DNA from: Trichomonas gallinae
Lineage: Eukaryota
Reading direction: 5' to 3'
DNA: 45,575 nt
NCBI GenBank assembly: GCA_008369845.1
Contig: MRSU01003010.1
Span: 1 to 45,575 of the forward strand
The notes below the pieces were generated by a model that saw only the letters and a program-made list of their open reading frames with translations, was not told where the DNA came from and did no database searches. Positions 32,180 through 41,917 of the stretch are shown here, one piece after another. Position 1 is the first letter of the stretch. Each line of letters begins with the position of its first letter. The position numbers and the translations under genes were made by a program.

Positions 32180-35083
32180 ATGGGGAATCAACTTGTCATT
32201 CCATCACAGGCTGACTGGTATGAGGAACCACTACGAAAGATGAAGATCTCTGTGAACAACTGCATCGATTCAGGTACTTTTTTATTGACGTTAGACTGCA
32301 AAAACCAAAACAATCAAAATTTTATCGTAAAAGCATACGAATACACAGAATCTCTCGAGAAAGATAACTTAGTTGTCGACAACTCAAAGCAATACTTCCA
32401 GCATTTAACTGATAAAATACAAGCAACCCAATGTATATTAAATTACTCAACGATAACAGTCAGCGACAGATACGCATTCTTAATGCGCCCCAAGATGCAA
32501 TACACTCTACCACAAAGATTGGAAGAATACCCTAGATTGGAAGAAATCGAAAAAAGATGGGTCGTTTTTCAAATTTTTTCAGCAATTATGTCTCTACATT
32601 CAATTTCTTTAGTCCACGGATCTCTCAATCCAGATAACATCTTCTGCGACTGGAATGTTCGCGTAAATGTCGGAGATATGGCTCCTTTCAAGCCAACTCA
32701 GATCAGAGCAGACAAAGCAAACATATACCATCACTACTTCTCAACGTCAACACGAAACGGCTGCTATTTGGCTCCAGAACAAGTTTATACAGATTATTTC
32801 GTTTTAGACGCATTGGTTTTCAATAATCCAACATTTTCCGCAGATTTGTTTGCTATAGGATGCATTATATACTACTTATACACTGGAACCCATTTATTCA
32901 GTTTTTCGACTTTATTGCAATATAAACAAGGAAATTTCGACGTAGAATCCAAATTGGCGAACATACCCGAGTCAATCAGAGGCTTTGCAAGGATATTATT
33001 AGATATAGATCCAAATGCAAGACTAGAATCTCAAAATTTATTACATAAATATTTCCCTGCTTGTTTTAGACAAATATTCAACCAATTCCTCGAGTTTTCT
33101 ACCAATGATGGCTCATTATCGCATTTCGTTACAATGATTCCTGTGTTTTACGCAATGGTCGATGATCAAGATGTTAAAGTTCGCGTGATTTTGACCAATT
33201 TATTCTCTCCTTTCATTCTTACTTCAGATGATTTGGCTTCGATTATTCAGTTTTCTTACTTCTTGGTCGAATTCGCGGCTCCTTTATCCGAAGAAATTTT
33301 ATTATGCAGAATTTTACCGAATATCATTGGTTTGCTATCGATAGAAAACTATACAATCAAGACTACTGGACTCAGATGCATCGTTAAGCTCTTACAATCG
33401 TGCAAACAAGTAAATCAAGATTTAGCTTCGATTATTCAGAATTATTTGCTTACAGAGATGACAGCGTTATCGCATAAGAACAATGAACACATTAGAGTCG
33501 CTCTCGCTGAAAATGCTCCAAGGATTATTCGAGAAATCATCAGATTAATCCCAGAAGCTACAACTTACACACAATCAATCATTCATTTCATCATAAATGA
33601 GACAAATCCACTTGTTGTACAAGCTTTCATAAGCGGATTGAAGACTTGTACAGAAGATGGCGTGAAATTATTACAATCAATTTTCCCGATTCTTTTATCG
33701 ACTTTCAACCACAGAGCAGTAACATACAAGGCAGGAATACTACAGACATTCATCGAATTTTGGGAAAAGGCTGAGACAAAAACAGAAAAAGAAATAATGA
33801 CAAATTTGTTAAAGAATTTAGCGCCAGCAGCCATCGGATTCCTTCAGCATGAGCCAAACCATGAAATGAGAAACCACTTCCTTGCTTTCATCAATTGGTA
33901 TTTCCAGATTGGTTTCATGGATCGCGATTTAATCAACGATTTGTTCACAACAATCGGCACATTCGTCGACTCCAAGGATCCAATGACAAATTATTACGTT
34001 ACAAATATTATTAATTCTTTACCTGAAAATTACAAACTTGTAATGTTGCCGAGTTTCATTCTAAAATCAATCAATTCGCACGCTACAGTACCAACGCTGC
34101 AGGAAATCGCAGATAAACCATTAGAAAACGATGAAATCGTTAAATATCCTTTAATGACCACGAAAAAGATTCATTTGTCGCCAAAATTCTATATGTCTAC
34201 GCGTGTTTCTCAAGACCCAATAAAAGGCATAGCTGCACTCAATGATGACACGATTTTAGCTCTGACGACGAATAATATTACAGTTTTGTCAACAAATTCA
34301 GTCACAGAGAAGCCAATAAAGATATTGGGAGCTTATAACAGCATCTGTGCATTACAGCCAACGCAAAATGTAATAGTTTCAGATAAAACGGCAACATATG
34401 TTTTAAACGTCGCGGAAACCAAAATCGCACAAATATCAAAACGCGGCTTCCACAAAGTAAAAATGATCTCGACACACACATTCATAGGCTCGAATGGAAG
34501 CAACGTAGCAATGTATGACGTTAGGATGCCGAACAAAGTCAGATCAATGGTCTTCGACGAGTTGAAAGTCGGCGACATAGTTAGGTGGCCCGAATCCCCT
34601 GTTATCGGCGTCGGCTTCAAAGAAGGAGTCGTTGAAGTAGTTGACATGAGAACCTGGCGTCCTTCTTCTATGATTGTCACTCCGCCAGTTTATTCAATGG
34701 CACCACAATCAGCAAGTTCTTGCGCTGTTTTTGTCGCTTCGAAGAAAAACGGTTGTTTGGTTGATTTCACTTCTAACTCAATACTTGGCTCTTTGAATGC
34801 TGGCGGATTGACCGTTGAGATGAACGGAAGGGCTGTTTTAGCAGGAGATAGCGGCACTTTCTTCATAGATCCAACATGTGTTTTCAGGTTGAACGAGAAT
34901 TCTGTTGAAGGCGACAGAATAATCCCGCTGCCGTCAAACGGAAAGATATATGATGCCGGTGGATGGAGCCACTCAGCGACGCTGCATGGACATGTCGCGA
35001 AAATCACTGCATTGACGAGAGACAGGAGATTGTTCAGTGGAGATCAATGTGGATTCGTCAACATTTGGTCAGTTTCCGATTAA
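32180..35083 (+). CDS. VPS15: VPS15/PIK3R4-like (myristoylation site, kinase-like domain, HEAT repeats, WD40)
   Basis: MGNQL N-terminus, EKRWVVFQ, DMAPFKP, CYLAPE, a central HEAT region and C-terminal WD repeats (SGDQCGFVNIW). Confidence 0.85.
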   Translation: MGNQLVIPSQADWYEEPLRKMKISVNNCIDSGTFLLTLDCKNQNNQNFIVKAYEYTESLEKDNLVVDNSKQYFQHLTDKIQATQCILNYSTITVSDRYAFLMRPKMQYTLPQRLEEYPRLEEIEKRWVVFQIFSAIMSLHSISLVHGSLNPDNIFCDWNVRVNVGDMAPFKPTQIRADKANIYHHYFSTSTRNGCYLAPEQVYTDYFVLDALVFNNPTFSADLFAIGCIIYYLYTGTHLFSFSTLLQYKQGNFDVESKLANIPESIRGFARILLDIDPNARLESQNLLHKYFPACFRQIFNQFLEFSTNDGSLSHFVTMIPVFYAMVDDQDVKVRVILTNLFSPFILTSDDLASIIQFSYFLVEFAAPLSEEILLCRILPNIIGLLSIENYTIKTTGLRCIVKLLQSCKQVNQDLASIIQNYLLTEMTALSHKNNEHIRVALAENAPRIIREIIRLIPEATTYTQSIIHFIINETNPLVVQAFISGLKTCTEDGVKLLQSIFPILLSTFNHRAVTYKAGILQTFIEFWEKAETKTEKEIMTNLLKNLAPAAIGFLQHEPNHEMRNHFLAFINWYFQIGFMDRDLINDLFTTIGTFVDSKDPMTNYYVTNIINSLPENYKLVMLPSFILKSINSHATVPTLQEIADKPLENDEIVKYPLMTTKKIHLSPKFYMSTRVSQDPIKGIAALNDDTILALTTNNITVLSTNSVTEKPIKILGAYNSICALQPTQNVIVSDKTATYVLNVAETKIAQISKRGFHKVKMISTHTFIGSNGSNVAMYDVRMPNKVRSMVFDELKVGDIVRWPESPVIGVGFKEGVVEVVDMRTWRPSSMIVTPPVYSMAPQSASSCAVFVASKKNGCLVDFTSNSILGSLNAGGLTVEMNGRAVLAGDSGTFFIDPTCVFRLNENSVEGDRIIPLPSNGKIYDAGGWSHSATLHGHVAKITALTRDRRLFSGDQCGFVNIWSVSD

Positions 35084-35710
35084 TTTATTTTACTTTTATT
35101 TTGTTTTTTATTTGTTGTTTATTTTATAATAGAGTTTAAACAGAATTGTTTATATCCTTTTATATTTACATAATTTTACTATGTCAATAATTGCAGCACA
35201 TATATATGATGTTTGGTCATATTTTTTTTTTTTTCAAGTTATGAGCTAAAAATAATGAATATTGATGATACTTTTCCATCAAATGATGCAAAAAATGATA
35301 ATGTGCATTGATGATTTGATTACTATGTTGTCTCTTTCCAAGAGTCATCCAATTACATCATTGGTTTGTTCTGTTGATGATAACTATAACACGTAGAAAT
35401 TCAGGCAAAAGCAATATCTAAATCTACCTTTTGAAATTATGGCCACAAAATTCCATTTTTTCTAGTGACAATGTCTTGCGCCTTACCAAAAACAGCAGTC
35501 ATGATGCTGGCAATAGTTGACAAACTAATACACTGATTAAAAAACTCAGCAAATGTCCAAAATTAATCATTATGTTATTCGAGAATAGCCCACTTTGTAA
35601 AGTGTCAAATGTCAGATTGTCAAAAAGTAACAACTTACACTGTTCGTTGTTTTTGGTATGTCAAATTTCTTTTGAGCGTTGACGCTTTACAATGTCAGAT
35701 TTTATAAAAA

Positions 35711-35773
35711 AGTGGGGTACCCGTTATTCTATATAGTGGGCGGACAAACCTGTCTAGCCGCGGACAAACCCTG
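35711..35773. repeat. 63-bp GC-rich islet with direct repeat GCGGACAAACC x2 and palindrome GGGTACCC
   Basis: Repeats at 35740-35750 and 35760-35770, AGTGGG at 35711 and 35735, palindrome at 35715-35722. Confidence 0.7.
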
Positions 35774-35933
35774 ATAAAAATCATAGTAAACTAAACATTA
35801 TACATATATGCGTATTATGATTATATGGAAGAAGTAATATGGCTCAAGCTTCGTTAGAAAGCTTAATTCTTGAAAGGACTTTTTTGGCGCCAAATTGTCA
35901 CTTTTATTACGATTTTCGCGGGAAAATTAGTTT

Positions 35934-36515
35934 ATGCAAAAAGGCAAGTTTATCCTTTTCGAGGGCTGTGATGGCTCAGGCAAATCGACGCAGTGCAGGC
36001 TTCTCGCTGAGTCTGGGTTATTCGGAAAAGTCGAAAAGATGTGCTTCCCTGATAGAACAACTGATATCGGCAAATTGATTAACGACTACCTCCAAAAGAC
36101 ATCAAAATTGGTTGATGAAGTGATTCACCTTTTGTTTTCAGCAAACAGATGGGAGTTAACACCAAAAATCAAGCAATTATTAGAAAGTGGAACAACAATC
36201 GTGTGTGATAGATACTATTACAGTGGTGTTGTCTACTCAGCAGCCAAAGGAATGGACGTTAACTGGTGCATGGCTCCTGAAATTGGACTTCCTGAGCCAG
36301 ATCTTGTTTTATTCATTGACATCTCTCCAGAAGTTCAAGCAACACGCAAAGGATTCGGCGAAGAAGTATATGAAAAGACTGAATTCCAAATGAAAGTAAG
36401 AGAATTATTTTTATCACTAAAGAAAGATAATTGGAGAATCATTGATGGTAATCAGCCTTTGGAAAAGGTTGCTGAAGATGTACAAAAGACAGTTAAAGAA
36501 TATTTCGGACTTTAA
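35934..36515 (+). CDS. Thymidylate (dTMP) kinase
   Basis: P-loop FEGCDGSGKSTQ, FPDR, HLLFSANRWE, DRYYYSG, PDL and GEEVYE. GTCACTTT/Inr at 35897-35904. Confidence 0.95.
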   Translation: MQKGKFILFEGCDGSGKSTQCRLLAESGLFGKVEKMCFPDRTTDIGKLINDYLQKTSKLVDEVIHLLFSANRWELTPKIKQLLESGTTIVCDRYYYSGVVYSAAKGMDVNWCMAPEIGLPEPDLVLFIDISPEVQATRKGFGEEVYEKTEFQMKVRELFLSLKKDNWRIIDGNQPLEKVAEDVQKTVKEYFGL

Positions 36516-36754
36516 TTTTAAATTTTTTTGTATTTTTCATTTTTATAGGTTTAAATTGCAAAACTTGGCAGATTTGCTCTCCATTTATATGATATCCAAA
36601 TGATTTTTTATATCCTATGAATAAATAAATTTCTATTATTTGTTTCTTAGATTAATTTTTGTCGTAATTTGATAAAGCACTTGTTTATATACATTTATAA
36701 TATATGTTGTTGACAAATAATATACAATTTATGTTTTCAAGTAAATTAAATAAA

Positions 36755-37351
36755 TTATTTCTTTGTTCGTGCAGTAATAACAGCTGCTCTTAAGGCAGTA
36801 AGTTCAGATTTGCCCATATGTGGGAGTATAAGCCTGATTGCATTCAAGGCTGCTTCTTGCTCAGGTGTTTCATGAGATGGCGAAGATTGAGTGTGATCCT
36901 GTTGTTCTGATGAGGAAAAGTTAGAATGTGGGTTGGGGAACATCTGAGCAGCTGCTTTTCTTTCATCTTCTTTGATATCTTCTTGATCAAGTTTTGTAAG
37001 ATTTGGAAGAAGAGCAATTGTGAATAATCTATAGTTATCAAGTGAAGCAATTGGATTATCTGATAACCAGAGAACCTTGAGATTTGGTAAGTTTTCTAAA
37101 TATTTTAATTGTTCAAGTTCTGCAATTTTATTTTTGCGAAGGAAAAGTTCTTGAAGTTGTCTGCAGTGAGAAAATGCTTCTAGAGATTCAATTTCGTTTA
37201 CCGATAAAGCACATGTTTCTAAATTCGGCATATTTTTGATAACGGATATATCTGTGAGACTCATGCCCCAAAGATTGAGATTCTTCACTGTCTGAAGTGT
37301 ATCGGACTTAGTCTTTTTCAAAATAATCTCAGCTGTTAAAGCTTTAGACAT
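36755..37351 (-). CDS. CFAP410/C21orf2-like leucine-rich-repeat protein
   Basis: LNLWG, LSVNEI, LQELFLRKNKI, LWLSDNP and YR...LPNLTKLD, plus a short C-terminal helix pair. AAAGTGAC at 37367-37374 upstream. Confidence 0.85.
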   Translation of the reverse strand: MSKALTAEIILKKTKSDTLQTVKNLNLWGMSLTDISVIKNMPNLETCALSVNEIESLEAFSHCRQLQELFLRKNKIAELEQLKYLENLPNLKVLWLSDNPIASLDNYRLFTIALLPNLTKLDQEDIKEDERKAAAQMFPNPHSNFSSSEQQDHTQSSPSHETPEQEAALNAIRLILPHMGKSELTALRAAVITARTKK

Positions 37352-38059
37352 TTTTTTTTGTTATTTGTCACTTTTGTATTTTTTTTAAACGATTATTTTT
37401 CATTCAAATTTGATTCATTTTAAAAAAATGATTTTTTCTCTTTTTTAAAAAAGTATTGCGACAATCTTATATTTGACACAACATTATAAGATTCTGATTC
37501 ATACATTTATTAAATAAGAATCCGATTTCACATGTTTAATCGATCTACCATCATTAGAATAAACATTGATGCGGAATTCTTCCAAATTAAGGCTAAAGAA
37601 TAAATAAGTTTTAGTTCCTCTCAAGCTATTAAGGTGCGTAGTATATTATGATGTTTGCCTAATAGCTTGTAGACTTCAATTTTTAACCTGGTGAATTTCT
37701 GACAAATGTCAAAATTTGGGTGTTTTGCATCACTCATTAAACTTGACTTATAGATCTATAATTCGATGTATATAATGTATTAATGATGTCGTAACGTAAA
37801 TCGCACACCTGTTTTGCGATATCCCTGGGAAAGAAGTTGATTGAATATTTTCTTGAAATGTCTAATGTTTTAAAACATAACAATCCATTTGTTCGAAACC
37901 ATTTTTGGAAGATCATAAATATTGACACTTGTTTAATTGAATTGAGAGGATCTCTTGTGGTCTGGGGTGTACAATTATTTTAGAGCATTTACACTTTTTT
38001 TTTTAGGTGCTGAGAGAAAGGGTTTGAAAATCACATCAAAAATGAAAGAAAAATTTTGT

Positions 38060-38111
38060 CAAATAATTTATTTACATGTCACATATGACAAATAATTATA
38101 TTTACATGTCA
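38060..38111. repeat. Imperfect direct repeat CAAATAATT(T/AT)ATTTACATGTCA x2
   Basis: Copies at 38060-38081 and 38089-38111, just upstream of ATG 38145. Confidence 0.85.
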
Positions 38112-38144
38112 TACATCTACCGTAAATCTGTGTAACAGAATTTC

Positions 38145-38456
38145 ATGTTGATGTTTCTCAATTTTTTAATAACACATGTAGCCAGCAAAGGTCAAACATC
38201 AAGCAGCACAGTATTATTCGCAGTGGTATCAGTATTTAGCTTGTGCGTTCTTGTTGCCGTTGGATGCTGTTCTTGCAGAAAAAAGCGTAACGAAAAGGGG
38301 TCAGACAAAGATTCGGATAATGCAGAAAAAGGGCCAGAGCGCCAAGAACTTAGGGCAAACCTCATTCCACCTCTATTTTTCACACAAGGATTAAAAGATC
38401 CTCTACAGCAAGATGATCTTCTTGAAAAAGTCAAACAAGAAGGTGTATCTATTTAG
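38145..38456 (+). CDS. Small (103 aa) membrane protein: signal-like N-terminus, one TM helix, juxtamembrane Cys cluster
   Basis: MLMFLNFLITHVAS, then TM VLFAVVSVFSLCVLVAVG, then CCSCRKKR and a charged tail. Confidence 0.65.
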   Translation: MLMFLNFLITHVASKGQTSSSTVLFAVVSVFSLCVLVAVGCCSCRKKRNEKGSDKDSDNAEKGPERQELRANLIPPLFFTQGLKDPLQQDDLLEKVKQEGVSI

Positions 38457-39056
38457 ATGTTCTTTTAATTTCTATTCAAACAATTTTATTTCGTATTTCG
38501 CATTTACTAATTCTTGTATTCATTAATTTGCAATTATCGTTTGCACAAGATGCGCATGCTACCTTCATTGCTTCTTACTTATTGTCTGTGTTATTTATAA
38601 AATATATATGTTAATTTATTGATCAACTACTTATTGAATCGTATTCAGCTTTACAATAATAACTCACGTATTTCTACATAATATAACTACAATAAATCTT
38701 CAAAAATCAAGTCAAATAATTTTGTTATTAAAAATGATAATTGTTTTTATAACAAAAGAGAAATAAGAATTTCACATCTTGATATTATACATAAATCAAT
38801 CTTATGAAATCATTTATAAAAAATATTTTTATGATTTTATTTTATTTTGGGAAATCAGTTAGTATATCTATTAAATGAATTATGTATGCTAAAATATTCT
38901 TGTATTCAAGTGTTACACGACAGTTTTCTTGTAAAAAATTCCAGAATTTATTTAACATGAAAGATAAAGCCTTACAGTTCAAATAATATTAGCTTACGAT
39001 GATAGAATGTTAAAGAATGCTGCTCTCCTTGTGTTATATACAATGTTACATGAAAA

Positions 39057-39341
39057 TCACAATATTGTATGTATTGTTAACTCATTGAAAACGATAGCCG
39101 TGAGGGACTCATAAAGATCATTATCAATCTGATATTTTGGCACATTCATGTACTTTATCATCTTCTTTCTGATCAGACGCTCATCATGCTGTTTAGAAAG
39201 ACTTTTTGCGCCGTGGTCAACAAGAAGCTTGACAATATTATACTTGTTAAAATTCTTTGCATAATATAGAGCAGTTTTTCTATTATCTTTAGCTATGTTA
39301 TGTGAGTCATTATTATCATCATTCAGTAGCTGTGCTGATAT
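39057..39341 (-). pseudogene. C-terminal remnant of an ankyrin-repeat gene
   Basis: 94 stop-free codons without an upstream ATG. Contains NIAKDNRKTALYYAKNFNKYNIVKLLVDHGA, a close match to the ankyrin consensus (KTALH.A....IV.LL..HGA). Confidence 0.75.
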
Positions 39342-39386
39342 TTATACAAATAAATATTTAATAAAAATACAAAACAAAAATAATAA

Positions 39387-41552
39387 TTAATCTGCTAAAA
39401 TTGCATCAATGATTGCATCCTCTGACATCTTAGAATTATTTTTCTGCGACTTTGTTTCACTCTTCTTACTTTGTGCATCATTCTTTTTACCTTTCCCATC
39501 TTCTAGAAGAGCCAAAAAGTCATCGCTTTCAGTCTTTGATGATGATTCTTGTTTCTGCGCTGGTTTCTTTCCATTCTTAGGCTTTGTCGTGTCCTCATAG
39601 AAAAATTCTGGAGAGTCATCACTTGCTTTTCCTTTCTTTTCTTCGAAAGCACTACTTGCCGATGAATTACTTTTAGCTTTCTGCTTCTTAGAATCAGATT
39701 TCTTTGGAGGAGGTTCATATTCCTCTTCTTCGTATTCATAAATGTAATCATATTCAGGCTCCTCTTGCTTTGGTGGAGCCTTAGCTTGCTGCTTCTCCCG
39801 TTTACTTTTATTCTTATCATCAACTTTTCCTTTATTTTTATCATCAGTTTTTCCTTTGTTTTTAACATCAGTTTTTCCTTTATTTTTATCATCAGTTTTT
39901 CCTTTGTTTTTATCATCGACTTTTCCTTTATCTGGTTTAGATGATTCTGATTTAGGTTTATTGGAAACTTCAGATTTCTCAGATTTTCCTTGTTCAGATT
40001 TTTTAGTGATTATTTTCGGTTCATATGACTCATATTCATCTTCGTATTCGTATTCATACTCATATTCTGTTGTTTCTATCTTGTTATCTTGCTTGGGTTT
40101 ATCGCTTTGTTTAGACTTTTCGTCTGTTTTAATAGGTTCTTTGCTTGGTTTTTCGCTTTCTTTATCCTTTGATTTTTCTGATTTGTCTTTAGTCTTGCTC
40201 TTTGACTTGGAAGTAGTGGATGCTGAGTGCTCACTATCTTCTTTCTTCGATGGTTCTGATGGCAAATCTTCGATGAATGTTGTTGATGTATAAGTTGCTG
40301 CATCTGATGAAATTTCAAGCATCAACTCATGAATTTCAGGCGTGTAGCGCTTAGGAGGCCTCCTGAGATCAGCAATGTTGTTAGTTCCATTGCGCCTCGT
40401 CATAGGATGGATCGCCTTCATCGACATTTTGAGCAGTTCTTTGACTTCATCTTTGTCATTTGACTTCGCCATGATTTTCGTGACAACGCCTTGCTCTCTG
40501 ACGTCTGCTCTGATCTGCTCGCGAAGGTTCTTGAAGACAGTGTCTTCGCGGTCAACTGTTCTAGGCCTGGAAATGAACTCTTTAGCTGTCTGTCGCAAAC
40601 CATTCGGGATTCTTGTGTTTGTGACATTTTTAGGCGATGAATTTTCAGCTGGTTGACTTTTGATCTTTTCGACCTCATCGAGTGTGACTGTGTCAACCAT
40701 TACTGGATGAGGAGGTGGCTCTGGATACTCACTCAACTTGAGTGGTGCAGTCTTAGCTTTAGGAGTTTGCTCTTCGAGGACTTTGATCGTTTCAACATCA
40801 TCAGTAATTGGAGAAGTTTTCTGATTTTGTGTTTTTACAAATGGATTTATTTGTGGCTTTGGCGTTTGCGTTTTCTCATTCATTGTTTGACGCATTTCTG
40901 TGGCTGATTTTGTTATTGTTTGGCTTTGTTCTGTAAGCATTTTTTGAATTTTCTTTAATTCATTTTCAAGGAAGTCATTATGCTTCGTATTTGTTGGCGC
41001 ATATGTTTGTCCAGCTCTCAAACTCTTCCAGAGTTCGATCATATCTGGGTGTTTGCGCATTACATGTTCGTCTAATGTTTTGAATGAAGGAAAAATGCGA
41101 TGACAAGTCGGGCAACGCTCAATTCCTCTGAGTAATTTGCATGCATCGAATAATTTATGTATTCTTCTGCGATATTTCTCGTTAACATCGTGCAATCGAT
41201 CATTTTCTTGTAATAAATCGTTATAACTTGTTTCTGATATCTTCTGTGTTTTAAACATGTATTCTAATACAACTTGAAGTTCTTGAATTAGTCTGTATAC
41301 TAATGGATTTCCGATAATATTCATATCTGCATCTGAAAAAATCGAATTTAAGAATTCATTTGCTAGTTCATTCATTGATTCTACGTCTTGTGTAGCTTGT
41401 AACAGCTTTGGATCGTATTTTTTAACAATATCCCAATTAAATGCATTATTTCGCGGCTGTTGTTGCGTATTTTGATTAGTGTTATTATAAACAGGAGCCC
41501 CATAATGCGCTGGTATGTATGTTTCTGTATAAGGAGAAAAATTATAAGTCAT
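39387..41552 (-). CDS. DZIP1/Iguana-like basal-body protein (Dzip-like N-terminal domain, C2H2 zinc finger, charged tail)
   Basis: FNWDIV...QDVESM...RLIQELQVVLEYMFKTQ, then a coiled coil, then CPTCHRIFPSFKTLDEHVMRKH. This order matches DZIP1. Confidence 0.75.
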   Translation of the reverse strand: MTYNFSPYTETYIPAHYGAPVYNNTNQNTQQQPRNNAFNWDIVKKYDPKLLQATQDVESMNELANEFLNSIFSDADMNIIGNPLVYRLIQELQVVLEYMFKTQKISETSYNDLLQENDRLHDVNEKYRRRIHKLFDACKLLRGIERCPTCHRIFPSFKTLDEHVMRKHPDMIELWKSLRAGQTYAPTNTKHNDFLENELKKIQKMLTEQSQTITKSATEMRQTMNEKTQTPKPQINPFVKTQNQKTSPITDDVETIKVLEEQTPKAKTAPLKLSEYPEPPPHPVMVDTVTLDEVEKIKSQPAENSSPKNVTNTRIPNGLRQTAKEFISRPRTVDREDTVFKNLREQIRADVREQGVVTKIMAKSNDKDEVKELLKMSMKAIHPMTRRNGTNNIADLRRPPKRYTPEIHELMLEISSDAATYTSTTFIEDLPSEPSKKEDSEHSASTTSKSKSKTKDKSEKSKDKESEKPSKEPIKTDEKSKQSDKPKQDNKIETTEYEYEYEYEDEYESYEPKIITKKSEQGKSEKSEVSNKPKSESSKPDKGKVDDKNKGKTDDKNKGKTDVKNKGKTDDKNKGKVDDKNKSKREKQQAKAPPKQEEPEYDYIYEYEEEEYEPPPKKSDSKKQKAKSNSSASSAFEEKKGKASDDSPEFFYEDTTKPKNGKKPAQKQESSSKTESDDFLALLEDGKGKKNDAQSKKSETKSQKNNSKMSEDAIIDAILAD
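39808..39932. repeat. Coding minisatellite, 5 x 24 bp (peptide (N/D)KGK(T/V)D(D/V)K)
   Basis: Units start at 39808, 39832, 39856, 39880 and 39904; consensus TTRTTTTTATCATCAGTTTTTCCT. Confidence 0.95.
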
Positions 41553-41591
41553 TTATTGTTTTATAATTCAAAAGACGTTAAAAGCTAATTT

Positions 41592-41707
41592 TTGACATTT
41601 ACAAAATAATTTGTCGATTTACACGACAAAATAATATTTGACGGTTTACACGGCAAATCAATTTATTTTCATAATTTATGTGGCAAAAATCAGATTTTAC
41701 ATGACAA
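41592..41707. promoter_or_regulatory. Cluster of TTTACAYGRCAA-type motifs upstream of the DZIP1-like gene
   Basis: TTTACACGACAA at 41618, TTTACACGGCAA at 41645, TTTATGTGGCAA at 41675, TTTACATGACAA at 41696 and TTGACATTTACA at 41592. A regulatory role is inferred. Confidence 0.5.
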
Positions 41708-41917
41708 ATTATTCTACTTTCATCATTTTCAACCATTTTCCATTTTCACAACTTTTGTATATGATACTTAGATATAATTTGATAAGTTACAGTATCCTAT
41801 AGGCATATTTTAGAATTTTGCACTAAATTCAAAATTTTCAAAAATATAAAAGAATAAAAACTTGATAAATAAGCAAAACTGAAATAACTTTTATTACTAA
41901 AAAATAAACAACTAATT

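Noticed and set aside
31700..35570. Weakly protein-like fragments at about 31730-31940 and 35260-35570
   Set aside because: Frames are short and interrupted, with no recognisable homology by eye.
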